Positions 1-9,635 are shown, counted from the first letter of the stretch. The stretch: DNA of 64,000 nt from a virus (IMGVR_UViG_3300033075_000545:32001-96000); one strand, 5' to 3'. Program-made: numbers and translations. Notes: generated from the letters alone by a model not told the origin.

Positions 1-414
1 CAAACCGCTGTGGACGAGGACTCAGCACGGGCCGTCGGTGGTGATTGTTTAGTCCGCGGCGCGACGCCCGTGATGGTTGCGGTAACTGCTGTGGCCAGAG
101 TACCTGCTTCAGTCACGTTAACTACCGCAGAACTCGCAAACGCCGTCGCCCGCGCGATAAACGAAACTTCCATTAATTCCACGCTGTACGGTTCTGTTGT
201 CGGATCAAACGCGTTACTATATTTACCATCAGGCACAACACTACAGCTTTCGGGGTGGTCGGGAACCGTGTACAAGGGTAACGGGACAACCTCGTCGGTG
301 TCAGGGACCTCGGATCTGGCGGTATCCACGGATTGGGTAAATGGTGTAGGTTCGGACGCTGTTGCGTTCTATTGTGACGATGCATCCGTTACTGCAACAG
401 TAACAACCCTTTGA
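1..414 (+). CDS. 3' part of a hypothetical, possibly structural (baseplate-like) protein, truncated by the window edge
   Basis: Frame is open from position 1; Val/Thr/Ser-rich beta-type composition; ends TGA just before the RBS of the next gene. Confidence 0.5.
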   Translation, partial: QTAVDEDSARAVGGDCLVRGATPVMVAVTAVARVPASVTLTTAELANAVARAINETSINSTLYGSVVGSNALLYLPSGTTLQLSGWSGTVYKGNGTTSSVSGTSDLAVSTDWVNGVGSDAVAFYCDDASVTATVTTL

Positions 415-427
415 GAAAGGTAATTTC

Positions 428-1237
428 GTGGCTTTCAAAAATCTTGCACTGGCAGGGTGGCTGCTGTCCCTATCCACCCTGATTGGGTTTGCGAACGACG
501 GACCTTTCGATCTTCCTGTAGCTCCGATCGTTACGCCGCCCGCTCCGAAGGTGTCCGAAGCTGTTGCCGGTGATCAACTCTGGGTCGTCAACGGTAAGAC
601 AGATGCGGTTGTTCGAGACCACCCGAAAGGTCTCGTGAAGATTACCAAGGAAAATGGTCCGCTCCGTATCCGTGGGAAGTTTGCAGGTGGCACGCAGGTC
701 GAGACCAAAACATTCCCTGGACCGTTCGTATTCATTGTGGAAGCTGTTCCGGGGGTGTCCGGAAAAGTCGACATCGACATCATTCCGCTCGGGTTCAAAG
801 CTGAAACAGAAATTATCAGCCGGACCCTCAGCGTTAACAGTGGTACAGACCCTCCGCCGATAATCCCTCCGGTCACACCCACAGACCCACTCGTCGCCCT
901 GTTTCAGACCGCTATTGACGGCGATCCCGATAGTGTTACAGCCAAGGATGGTACGGTTTATACGCGGTTGCAGTACGCGTCCAAGTTGGCCGCGCTGTAT
1001 GAGGGGGCTGCAAAGATTACCGTACCGACTGTGAAGACGTACGGAGAACTATTTGCAGATCTGAAGGCAGCGGCTGTGTTTCCTGAAACCACTATGCCGA
1101 AACTCAAGATCGCCGTAGGTACGTATCTTGACAGCAAGCTCGCCCCGACCACAAACAAAGCCATCGACAAAGCCGCGTGCGTCGCCGAGTTCAATAAGGT
1201 TGCTGCCACTCTCAAATCCTTGAAGGAGACAAAATAA
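428..1237 (+). CDS. Hypothetical exported protein
   Basis: GTG start with AAGG upstream; signal-peptide-like N-terminus (MAFKNLALAGWLLSLSTLIGFA); Pro-rich linkers; TAATG coupling to the next gene. Confidence 0.7.
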   Translation: MAFKNLALAGWLLSLSTLIGFANDGPFDLPVAPIVTPPAPKVSEAVAGDQLWVVNGKTDAVVRDHPKGLVKITKENGPLRIRGKFAGGTQVETKTFPGPFVFIVEAVPGVSGKVDIDIIPLGFKAETEIISRTLSVNSGTDPPPIIPPVTPTDPLVALFQTAIDGDPDSVTAKDGTVYTRLQYASKLAALYEGAAKITVPTVKTYGELFADLKAAAVFPETTMPKLKIAVGTYLDSKLAPTTNKAIDKAACVAEFNKVAATLKSLKETK

Positions 1238-3462
1238 TGGCAGGTCCCACAGGCTTCATTGAGCCGGCAGATCGTACCCCCGCACAAGAGGCAGCGCACA
1301 ACGACGCCCTCTCGCGGATGGTGATGTTTTCGTTGCCGCCAGTTGTGACGGCCGGTCCGGTCAAGGTACTGTTGACTGACTTCCTGAAAGATCCAGATGT
1401 CGTTGCGGATATTGGCCGTGAGTTTGATGGCTTCCGGCAACTCACCGGGAGTTGCTTCCCTGCGGGAACGCCTGTTCGTATGGTCGACGGTACTGAGAAG
1501 TCTATTGAAAACGTTAAAGTCGATGATCGTGTGGTTACGCATGAAGGTCGTGCGCGGCGCGTAGTTGACACCATGCGGCGAGAATACACGGGTGAGATGG
1601 TTACGCTACATGTCAGCGGGTTCCCATTCCCAGTTGAGTCTACGGCAGACCATCAATTTGCCGTGTCGGTTGGCGGCGAAATTGAATGGAAGCCTGCAGG
1701 GGACATTCAGGAGGGCGACAAGGTTTTGATTGGTTGGAGCCAAACGTTTGCGTCTCCGAAGCCTTTGGACACTGCAGAGCTGCTTGGCGACGGCTGTATC
1801 ATTCTCGACGAACTAATGAAAGACGAGGCTTACACCAAGGGTAACGAACCCGATGTCCCGAACAGTAACATTAGTTCGGCACGTTATATGGTCAAACGGA
1901 GCGGGATTGATTGGCGTGGTCGCGTCCGATTACATAAGTCCCGGGTCGAGAATTCGATTTTTCGTAACGTCCCTATCTGTCCGTCATTCGGACGTTTGCT
2001 TGGCTTGTACCTGGCCGAAGGAGGGTGTCACGAAGGTCGTGTGACCTTTACGTTCCATATGAAAGAACGCGATACCCTGGCTGCGGAAGTATTGGCGCTT
2101 GTTCGTGGATTGTTCGGTGTTGAAGGTGAGCTTGAAATTCAGGAAGCGCATCCAAATCGTTGCGGAGTACGGTTTTCGAACCAAAATCTTGCAACAGTGC
2201 TGAAAGAGCTTGTTCCGGGTAACATCTATACAAAACGCGTCCCGGCCATCATTTTCGGAGCACCAGAGGAAGTACGTTTAGCTGTACTCCTCGGGTGGAT
2301 GGCTGGCGATGGTTACGTAGGCGTTAAAGGTGGAAGGCAACCAGGCAATATTCGGCTAACTGGCGTCTCTGTGTGTGCGGATCTCGCACGCGACATGACT
2401 ACATTAGCACTGTCTTGCGGCCTACGTGCTACGGCCGGACTTCGCAAAGCAAGAGGCGCGTCAAAGGTGTCTTATAGCGTTGATCTGGCAGGCAAAAAAG
2501 CTGTCAGCTTATTCCCTGCCGTCGCGCATCGAGCAACGGGTCCGACGTTTCGTGACAACGATGTGCTTCGAACAGCGAATGGGTACGCACGTAAGGTTCG
2601 AAAGATTACTTACCGAACCGTGGAGCACGTCTCTGTGTACGACTTTGAGGTGGAAGAAGATCACTCTTTCATCGCAGGCGGTCTAGTTGTACATAACTGT
2701 GTTGGCGCTGCGACAGGTAACGCATTGACCGTGCTCAGCGCCGTGCAGCGGAAGATCGCAGACAACCCCACCCAAGCCTTCGTAAATTTTTGGCCGTACG
2801 CATACGGACGTACGCGGTTTAATCAGGGCGACCGTAACCCTGGCGAGGGTGCAGTATCGTCGGTTATGGCAACAACGCTCGGTAACGACGGCGTTCTCGG
2901 TACCCACGAGCCGGGACTCCCAACGTTTACCCATGACGACGGTTACACGCTGACCAAGGCCATTGAAATGCAATGGTCCGATGGCGATTCCCCTACCGTT
3001 ACTCGGTGGTTGGACGCAGGACGGAAGCATACCGTTGGTAGTCGCGGACCCGTCTACACGGCGGAAGACGTGAAAACGGCTATCCTCAATGGTTACCCAG
3101 TACTCAACGGATGTGCGTATTTCGTCGACAACGGCAGCATTCGCGGAAGCGGCGATTCTGCCTATGTCCGCGGACGGTACGACTCGCGGGGTGGTCACGA
3201 AACAGGGTGGTTCGGGTATTGGGATCACCCGGATGACGGGCCGCTGTACCTGTATTGGAACCAATGGACGGCGTCGACGTACGGTAAGGATCCGGCTGGC
3301 GGTCCTCGATGTTCCGTGTGGGTGCCCGAATCCGAAGTTACTCGGATGATGAAAGCTGGATTTGGTGGAATCGTCCGTGGCGAAGCCTTTGCGATTTCGA
3401 ATCTCTCATGGTTTCCGGCACAGGCTGACAAAATCTTGAGCTTCACACAAGTGGGTGCGTAA
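1237..3462 (+). CDS. Papain-like (C1 family) cysteine peptidase interrupted by an intein
   Basis: Spliced exteins give RQLTGS|CVGAATGNA (Q..GSC motif), GGHETGWFGY (catalytic His region) and YWNQW (NSW-like). Confidence 0.75.
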   Translation: MAGPTGFIEPADRTPAQEAAHNDALSRMVMFSLPPVVTAGPVKVLLTDFLKDPDVVADIGREFDGFRQLTGSCFPAGTPVRMVDGTEKSIENVKVDDRVVTHEGRARRVVDTMRREYTGEMVTLHVSGFPFPVESTADHQFAVSVGGEIEWKPAGDIQEGDKVLIGWSQTFASPKPLDTAELLGDGCIILDELMKDEAYTKGNEPDVPNSNISSARYMVKRSGIDWRGRVRLHKSRVENSIFRNVPICPSFGRLLGLYLAEGGCHEGRVTFTFHMKERDTLAAEVLALVRGLFGVEGELEIQEAHPNRCGVRFSNQNLATVLKELVPGNIYTKRVPAIIFGAPEEVRLAVLLGWMAGDGYVGVKGGRQPGNIRLTGVSVCADLARDMTTLALSCGLRATAGLRKARGASKVSYSVDLAGKKAVSLFPAVAHRATGPTFRDNDVLRTANGYARKVRKITYRTVEHVSVYDFEVEEDHSFIAGGLVVHNCVGAATGNALTVLSAVQRKIADNPTQAFVNFWPYAYGRTRFNQGDRNPGEGAVSSVMATTLGNDGVLGTHEPGLPTFTHDDGYTLTKAIEMQWSDGDSPTVTRWLDAGRKHTVGSRGPVYTAEDVKTAILNGYPVLNGCAYFVDNGSIRGSGDSAYVRGRYDSRGGHETGWFGYWDHPDDGPLYLYWNQWTASTYGKDPAGGPRCSVWVPESEVTRMMKAGFGGIVRGEAFAISNLSWFPAQADKILSFTQVGA
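1453..2697 (+). mobile_element. Intein (415 aa) with LAGLIDADG homing endonuclease
   Basis: Begins CFPAGTPV, block B STADHQF, LLGLYLAEG and VLLGWMAGDG motifs, ends VYDFEVEEDHSFIAGGLVVHN followed by Cys+1. Confidence 0.95.
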
Positions 3463-4007
3463 TGCGTTCCCTGCTCCTATTATTCCTGTTGTCGTCACCC
3501 GCGTTGGCCTCCGACGCGGACGACGCTGAAGCCGCATTGCGATTAGCCGCGGCGCGGCGTGCAACACCATCGCCTAAGATTTCTCCTCCACCGAAGGAAG
3601 TCGAGTCCAAGCCATACAGCTACAAGGAGACAACGCGTCGAGTGCTCCTGGGACAGCGAGTGTCACTTGCTGTAGGTGTACCTGATCTGGATGCAGACGG
3701 TTACGTTGGCAGTCTGCCCGGCATTGCTCCGGGAGTTTACGATTGCTTTCTTAACGGCGAGTCGCCGATGATGACGCTTCGACCCGCTAAAGTGTTACCA
3801 ACTTCGAAAGTTGAGGTACCCCAGTCCCCAAAAGTCGAACTCCCGGTCACCACGAAGGGCACAGTTGTCCACGGTGTGGACACACTTCTGCGCCGGGGAC
3901 CGGGACTTGGATCGTTCGCGGTTACGCCCCAAATGGGGAACACTACCATGAATGTCCCGTGGACGGGACACGGTGGTCACATTGACAACTGTCCCCCAAG
4001 TGGGTGA
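3462..4007 (+). CDS. Hypothetical exported protein
   Basis: Signal peptide MRSLLLLFLLSSPALA; TAATG coupling with the peptidase gene. Confidence 0.7.
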   Translation: MRSLLLLFLLSSPALASDADDAEAALRLAAARRATPSPKISPPPKEVESKPYSYKETTRRVLLGQRVSLAVGVPDLDADGYVGSLPGIAPGVYDCFLNGESPMMTLRPAKVLPTSKVEVPQSPKVELPVTTKGTVVHGVDTLLRRGPGLGSFAVTPQMGNTTMNVPWTGHGGHIDNCPPSG

Positions 4008-4070
4008 CGTATAAAGTAGTGGCCCGGTCGGGCCGCTCGGTTCGGTTAGCTAACTCCTTGGAGAGATTTG

Positions 4071-4409
4071 ATGCGTTACACGATTTCCGCCGCGGCTCTA
4101 CTGATTGTCACCAACGTCTCGTTTGGGCAATGTGCAAACGGGCGGTGTCAACTCCCGATGCGGACGGTAACAAAATCCTCAACGTCCTCGTGGCAGTTGT
4201 TGACGCCCGCACCGCAAACGGTTCCAGCACCCAAGACTGTGACCATCCCGAAAGCGACCGTTACGGTTCCTATGCCAATGCCTGGGCCCACCACGGTAAC
4301 CCGGGTACAGACTACAACGGTCAAGAAGACTGTGATCGTGAAGGAAGCCCCGCGTCTGGGCTTTGTTGATCGCCTCAAGGCCCGCGTCCAACTGTGGGCC
4401 AGTCGATAA
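4071..4409 (+). CDS. Small exported Thr/Val/Pro-rich protein
   Basis: GGAG RBS; signal peptide followed by CANGRC; T-V-rich repeats. Confidence 0.65.
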   Translation: MRYTISAAALLIVTNVSFGQCANGRCQLPMRTVTKSSTSSWQLLTPAPQTVPAPKTVTIPKATVTVPMPMPGPTTVTRVQTTTVKKTVIVKEAPRLGFVDRLKARVQLWASR

Positions 4410-4439
4410 CTACCTACTCCATCCTTGAAAGGTTGTGCT

Positions 4440-4817
4440 ATGAATCTCAAGTCCACACTCTTGGCTGTCATCGATCTGGTGTCGAACACCGCGGGTCCTG
4501 CGGCTAAGGCCGTCTTGGTGTTGGCTCGATGGGCCGTGACTTGGTTTGTGCCGGACAACGCATCGGTCGGCGATAGTACGCTGATGAACGCCGCTCCTGA
4601 GACTGCGAAGGAGATCGTTGAGAAGATCTTCGATCTCGCTGCGTCTTACGTCTCCAGCGACTTCCTCAAGTCGACGCTGACCACGGCGAAGAACCTGATC
4701 CTCAACTACGCTCTCGACTACGTGTGGGATAACATCTTCTCCCCGACCCCGGTTGCCAACGTGATTCCCGGTGAGGTGAAGATCACCGACGACCACGTTG
4801 CCGAGATCTGCAAGTAA
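4440..4817 (+). CDS. Hypothetical protein
   Basis: AAGG RBS, ATG at 4440, strongly C/G-ending codons. Confidence 0.7.
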   Translation: MNLKSTLLAVIDLVSNTAGPAAKAVLVLARWAVTWFVPDNASVGDSTLMNAAPETAKEIVEKIFDLAASYVSSDFLKSTLTTAKNLILNYALDYVWDNIFSPTPVANVIPGEVKITDDHVAEICK

Positions 4818-4820
4818 ACC

Positions 4821-5966
4821 ATGCCAAGCGCGTCCGACGTCTGTGGTAGTTTCTGGGGAACCGCGATCCTATCGGAGTTCGCGGACGCGTACGTATCAGC
4901 TAGTCGGGCATGCTTGGAGCACGCTACCAAGTATTCGCCCGGCTTCATTCGTGGTTGGACACTTCTCAGTACGGACCTGACGCTTGGGAGCGCCAATGGG
5001 CGTCCGACGTATGGGTATCCGCTTCCCCTCAACATCCCAACGATTGTCGCAGCCGATTTAGTTGGTGGTCGCGTTTTGATCCGGGATATCGATTTTTCCA
5101 TATCCAACAACACCATCTGGTTTAATGACGACCCTCTACTGTCGTGGGCCACAGTGAAGCGGTTCCAGTGGGTCTCTGGATCCCCAGTGTCTGCTGCGGA
5201 TCTCATCTACGTTGCAACAGATGACGCTGTTGAACCAAATACAGAATCCACGTACGAATCACTCATCAATGCAATCGTTACGTCCTGCGACTCCCCCGCA
5301 TCTGTTGGAGGCGAAACCGTAACGGATGTCTGGGCTGACGCTGATGGTACGTACCGTGTTATTACGGACAAGAGCGCGTATCTTCTGCCGTCCAGCGATA
5401 CTCCGTCGGTAGCCGTTGGTGCGGCGCTGAAAAAAGGTCAGCCTATTGGTTCCGCATGGATCCTAACGAAGCTTGGACCAGCCCTTCCTGATCTGAGTTA
5501 TCTAACCGTGCCAGCGGACTACCACCAGGGTGTAACGTCAGGCGGAGTGACGTGGTACAACGGCACGCGCAACCTCGTTGTGGATACAGTATCCTCTCGC
5601 ACTCGCGTTCGGTGGCCTTTAGGGGCTTCTGGCGGGGACTTCACGGCGTTCTGGACGGAGTCACACACAACGGGGATTGCGGGTTCTGTGAAGTCACTGG
5701 CGCAGGCTATGGACGTTCGAGCAAATCCTGTTGGCGATCCAGACGCAACAAGCCTTCCCACGACGGTAAACCCGCTACAGTTTGTTTGTCAGGAACTGTT
5801 CCAGGGCAACGCGTACTTGCTGATCGTCAATTCCGCCAAACTAGGTCCGAAGGCTACGTCTACTGCCGACCGTCAAGCTGCAACGGCCAAGGCAGTGGGG
5901 CCGTATGCAACCGTATTCGATTACACAGACACCATGCCATCAATCCCCGAGATCACGCCCACCTGA
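4821..5966 (+). CDS. Hypothetical protein, possibly virion structural (baseplate/tail)
   Basis: 381-aa ORF tiling the operon; Thr/Ser/Ala-rich; structural role inferred only. Confidence 0.6.
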   Translation: MPSASDVCGSFWGTAILSEFADAYVSASRACLEHATKYSPGFIRGWTLLSTDLTLGSANGRPTYGYPLPLNIPTIVAADLVGGRVLIRDIDFSISNNTIWFNDDPLLSWATVKRFQWVSGSPVSAADLIYVATDDAVEPNTESTYESLINAIVTSCDSPASVGGETVTDVWADADGTYRVITDKSAYLLPSSDTPSVAVGAALKKGQPIGSAWILTKLGPALPDLSYLTVPADYHQGVTSGGVTWYNGTRNLVVDTVSSRTRVRWPLGASGGDFTAFWTESHTTGIAGSVKSLAQAMDVRANPVGDPDATSLPTTVNPLQFVCQELFQGNAYLLIVNSAKLGPKATSTADRQAATAKAVGPYATVFDYTDTMPSIPEITPT

Positions 5967-5968
5967 AT

Positions 5969-6193
5969 ATGAACGGAACAGACTGCATCATTCGCGCCAT
6001 CAAAAGCCACATTCCCGGCTCTCGTACTGAAGTTGCAGTCGAGAACGGAAAATACGTTGTGACCGTGACCAGCTCGAAGTTTGCGTCCCACTCACGATCC
6101 GACAACGAGGCACACGTTTACGGCGCTTTTGGGTCGCTCCCCTTACACCTGCTCGCTAAGATCATACAAATCAAAACAGTCGCACCCCGCTGA
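5969..6193 (+). CDS. BolA-like protein (74 aa)
   Basis: Pattern I..AIKSHIPGS.TEV...GKYVVTVTSSKFASHSR..NEAHVYGAF...IQIKTVAP follows the BolA consensus. Confidence 0.6.
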   Translation: MNGTDCIIRAIKSHIPGSRTEVAVENGKYVVTVTSSKFASHSRSDNEAHVYGAFGSLPLHLLAKIIQIKTVAPR

Positions 6194-6210
6194 AGCTTAG
6201 ACGGTGATAA

Positions 6211-6978
6211 ATGGCCGATCCGTGCGAAGATGTATGTCCGCCGGATGGTTGGCGGATGACCCCCGAATGGGTCAAAGGTACCGTCACATCTGTCGAGTGT
6301 TTTACTGGAACAGGAAGCGGAACGGGGACTGGTACAGGCTCCGACTGCTCGACACTGTTCCCAAACGAAGAATCACAACCTGACGGTCTAGATCCCGAGG
6401 TGGTGTACGACATTGGTCCGTGCGATGGATACGGAAACCAAATTATTACGTACGCCAAACTCCGAATTGTCTGTGATGCCTTGGCGCAAATTCCTCGGCT
6501 TCAAACTTACGACCTACGCAACGAACTTCAGTGTTGCACCCCGTGTGGAACGGGCACAGGTACAGGCACAGGTACAAGCACAGGTACAGGTATAGGCACG
6601 GAAACCGTGCCTGTGCCATCGTGTTGCGACGATACGATACCCGATGACATTTATATTATTTTCACTGCGGTTGGTGGATGTACGAACGCCGAAGATTTGG
6701 TCATTCACCTGGTGCGCGTTGGCGTTACGACAGTGTGGTCATATGCCGACAGCACTGGTGGGGCGGGGGGATGTACATTCATTACGCTAGCTTCGTTCAA
6801 TTGCGATGACGGTTCTCTACATGTCGTATTTGGCGCAGACAACGGTATGCTTGGTACACCAGTCACATACGAATGTGAGCCTCTTTTAGCAGTATACACG
6901 CTGACACCCATATCAGTTGAAGACACGACCTGTTGTATCGAAACAATTACCGTTGTGGTCTCGGAGACGCCGCCGTGA
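6211..6978 (+). CDS. Cys-rich protein with Gly-Thr repeat linkers
   Basis: Many Cys, including CC pairs; two (GT)n tracts. Confidence 0.7.
   Translation: MADPCEDVCPPDGWRMTPEWVKGTVTSVECFTGTGSGTGTGTGSDCSTLFPNEESQPDGLDPEVVYDIGPCDGYGNQIITYAKLRIVCDALAQIPRLQTYDLRNELQCCTPCGTGTGTGTGTSTGTGIGTETVPVPSCCDDTIPDDIYIIFTAVGGCTNAEDLVIHLVRVGVTTVWSYADSTGGAGGCTFITLASFNCDDGSLHVVFGADNGMLGTPVTYECEPLLAVYTLTPISVEDTTCCIETITVVVSETPP
6547..6600 (+). repeat. Degenerate hexanucleotide tandem repeat (ggyaca-like, 9 units) encoding a (GT)n linker
   Basis: ggaacg ggcaca ggtaca ggcaca ggtaca agcaca ggtaca ggtata ggcacg. Confidence 0.85.
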
Positions 6979-8081
6979 GTGCAGTACAGGAAATTATTGC
7001 AAAAATTGCAGCCAAAGATAAGCGATATGCGGTACATCTCCGCGGCAAGACTACGAAACGACGAACACTTCCATGTCTTCATGAAGGTCCTGTAGTTGAG
7101 CCGTGTACAAGTTGTGCTGGAGAAATGCGACATGTTCGGTCGTGTTTTCACCCCAATGGCGTACGTGATAAATGCACACGTGGTGTTGTGGGTCCTGCAG
7201 TACAAGCATGCTCTGTCTGTTCGGATTACGAGGCGCCGCCTGTGAAGTGGGCGCCTCTTTATCACTCGTGGACAGGAGGCTCGTACTTAAAGCCTTGGGA
7301 GTACCCTGTCACTATTGGTATGGCCCACCTAAACACCATCGAGGAACTCAAGCTCTCAATTGCAATGTGGCGACATCAGACCATGCGTCCGTACTTCCAG
7401 ATTGTGGACACAGGGTCACACGAGTCCCTTATGCCGGAACTGGAAAAGCTCCGCGCCGAAGACGTCGAGATTCATTACGTACGGTCGCACGCATACCGTC
7501 ACTCCAGTGCTCCTGTATCAGTGGCACTGGATCTAATCCATGCACTGTGTCAAACGCAGTTTCTGTTCCACACGCACACAGATGTGTTTCCGTTTCGTAA
7601 GGATTTCATCGCGTGGCTCCAGGCCAAGTGCTCGGCGACACACCCTGTGGTCGGGTGGCAGATGTCCCCCCGAGCAACGTGTAAGTCAGGAGAGTGGAAG
7701 CAGGTAGTCAGTCACACAGCAACCATGGTTCACATGCCTACGGCCCGGAAGAACGGGCTCCAGTGGAACTTCGAACGGTATTACGACGAGCGGCCCCACG
7801 AGCGCGGTGACACCCGCGGATGGCCTGATACGGAAAGTCCGTTCTATCTGACCATGCAAAAAAGTGGGTTGTCTCCTGTATTACTGGGTACTGAGCCAAA
7901 CTACCAACTCCACCCGATTGCTGCGGAAGGTATTGAATGGGCTGTCCACGCGAGATCATACACGGGCCTGAAGATGGCCAGTGATGAGAACAATCCGTTG
8001 TGGGTGAACGCAAAGCGATATATGGAATGGACCCTGGCGCAAGCCCGGACACGTCTACAAGTTTGGAACGCGGAGGAATAA
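6975..8081 (+). CDS. GT-A fold (GT2-like) glycosyltransferase with N-terminal Cys-rich domain
   Basis: VTIGMAHLN..IVDTGS..FLFHTHTDVF (DxD-like position); GTGA overlap with the upstream stop. Confidence 0.6.
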   Translation: MSAVQEIIAKIAAKDKRYAVHLRGKTTKRRTLPCLHEGPVVEPCTSCAGEMRHVRSCFHPNGVRDKCTRGVVGPAVQACSVCSDYEAPPVKWAPLYHSWTGGSYLKPWEYPVTIGMAHLNTIEELKLSIAMWRHQTMRPYFQIVDTGSHESLMPELEKLRAEDVEIHYVRSHAYRHSSAPVSVALDLIHALCQTQFLFHTHTDVFPFRKDFIAWLQAKCSATHPVVGWQMSPRATCKSGEWKQVVSHTATMVHMPTARKNGLQWNFERYYDERPHERGDTRGWPDTESPFYLTMQKSGLSPVLLGTEPNYQLHPIAAEGIEWAVHARSYTGLKMASDENNPLWVNAKRYMEWTLAQARTRLQVWNAEE

Positions 8082-8082
8082 T

Positions 8083-8637
8083 ATGCCCGAGCCAAAGACC
8101 GCAATTCAAGCCTACGACCTGCTAATCGATTATCACAACGACCCCGCCATTCTCACCGTCGTGATTCCTGGGACGATCACGTGGGGGGACGTCGGAGAGG
8201 ACACGGGACCTGGAATTCTTCAGGGGATCACAACCTTCCTCAGGACGAGAAGGGAGTGGTCCGTCATTGAGATCTCCAAGGTTGGGAACGGCTATATCAC
8301 AATCACACGTGACCCCAACAAGAAACAACAGCTTCCATCATTAGGGATCCAAGCGTGGAACCTGACGAAGTTCAAGCTCGGATCCATTATCCACGGTAAG
8401 CGATTGGTTTCGTTGGAGGTTCTTCAAGAAAGACTGTCGTACTGTTGGCTATGTCCATACCGTACGAACTCTCAATGCACTCGTTGTGGGTGTTACCTCG
8501 ATCGGGTCCCAGACGACGCCATTGTCGACGCAGGGAAACCCGGAAAGGCTGCGTATGAACGAGAGTCCTGTCCAATGGGTGCCTGGGGACCCAGTCCATC
8601 TCCGGTGCGTGAGGAGGGGTCTGGGCGACGTGTTTAA
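8083..8637 (+). CDS. Phage protein with C-terminal Cys cluster
   Basis: GGAGG RBS; ERLSYCWLCPY..QCTRCGC..K....ESCPMGAW pattern seen in phage Zn-binding proteins. Confidence 0.7.
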   Translation: MPEPKTAIQAYDLLIDYHNDPAILTVVIPGTITWGDVGEDTGPGILQGITTFLRTRREWSVIEISKVGNGYITITRDPNKKQQLPSLGIQAWNLTKFKLGSIIHGKRLVSLEVLQERLSYCWLCPYRTNSQCTRCGCYLDRVPDDAIVDAGKPGKAAYERESCPMGAWGPSPSPVREEGSGRRV

Positions 8638-9541
8638 CATGACGGGTTTGGTACGGGATCTGTACCTGCGGAACAACGTTTGTCAAATCACGGTCTCGGG
8701 CGCCCACGAAGAAAAGGTATTTGGGCACAACGGCTTCCACGACGTCAGCGGCTACGCGGACGTCGTGACCGCCCCGCCCCCAGGGGTGGCGGTAGTCAAT
8801 ATTGACTACAAGCCGACCATCGACCGTTCCGTTACGGACAAGTCCGCAAGGTACTGCGAAGCCGGCCACGACAGTTTCGAGGAGCAGACTGGGGCCACGA
8901 TTAACCGAAATCCAATACCCAAACCCGACTTCCCGTTCAACCTGTTCAGTCACCACGAACCGTTCTCCCGTGCAAAGAACGATTACGATTACGGGGTAGT
9001 TGCGTGCGGCATTAAGCCGGACATGCGCCTCAAGCAGTGGCCCGTAGATTACTTCCAGCGCGTAGTGGACGAGGTCCCGATCGACTGGAAGCAGGTCGGA
9101 TTGCTACACGACGGGCGATTCGCACACGACCAGACGATGTTGTTTAATTGCAGTTGTCTGTTAGGGAAGACGAACTTTAAGCAACTCTGTGCTGTGATTC
9201 GACATGCTCGGGTCGTTGTGTGTCACGTGTCACTGCCGATGTTAATTGCGATGTCGTGTGGCACTCCATGCGTAGCAATCATGGGGGGTCGGGAGGACCC
9301 GTGGCTATTCGACGACGTTCGGTCGCTTAAAGTTCTTCACACGATTGGAGAGTTGGATTGTTGTAAGTCGTATGGGTGCCGTCGGTGTAGCCCAATTAAG
9401 GGACACGCGGACACTCCTTTTCCTCCGAACTGGTTGTGCGAGTTACCGGTCCATGTCGGCGGGAGTGACGTAGGAAAGTGTATGGAATTGATAACGCCAG
9501 AAACAGTAATCGCAGCAGTAAACGCACAACTGTCCCGATAA
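8555..9541 (+). CDS. GT9 (ADP-heptose:LPS heptosyltransferase-like) glycosyltransferase
   Basis: RGLGDVF, KQWPVDYFQRVVD, LLGKTNFKQLCAVIRHARVVVCHVSLPMLIAMSCGTPCVAIMG match GT9 motifs. Confidence 0.8.
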   Translation: MNESPVQWVPGDPVHLRCVRRGLGDVFNMTGLVRDLYLRNNVCQITVSGAHEEKVFGHNGFHDVSGYADVVTAPPPGVAVVNIDYKPTIDRSVTDKSARYCEAGHDSFEEQTGATINRNPIPKPDFPFNLFSHHEPFSRAKNDYDYGVVACGIKPDMRLKQWPVDYFQRVVDEVPIDWKQVGLLHDGRFAHDQTMLFNCSCLLGKTNFKQLCAVIRHARVVVCHVSLPMLIAMSCGTPCVAIMGGREDPWLFDDVRSLKVLHTIGELDCCKSYGCRRCSPIKGHADTPFPPNWLCELPVHVGGSDVGKCMELITPETVIAAVNAQLSR

Positions 9542-9568
9542 ATAACCAGCCTCTGGCTGTCAAAATAT

Positions 9569-9600
9569 ACTAGTAGGATGCGATGTTGCGTCTTACTAGT
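9569..9600 (+). promoter_or_regulatory. Intergenic 14-bp stem-loop
   Basis: actagtaggatgcg-atgt-tgcgtcttactagt, with three G-U pairs; no U tract. Confidence 0.5.
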
Positions 9601-9635
9601 GGCCCCTTGGTGAGATTCTGGAGCGAGGTAGAGAG

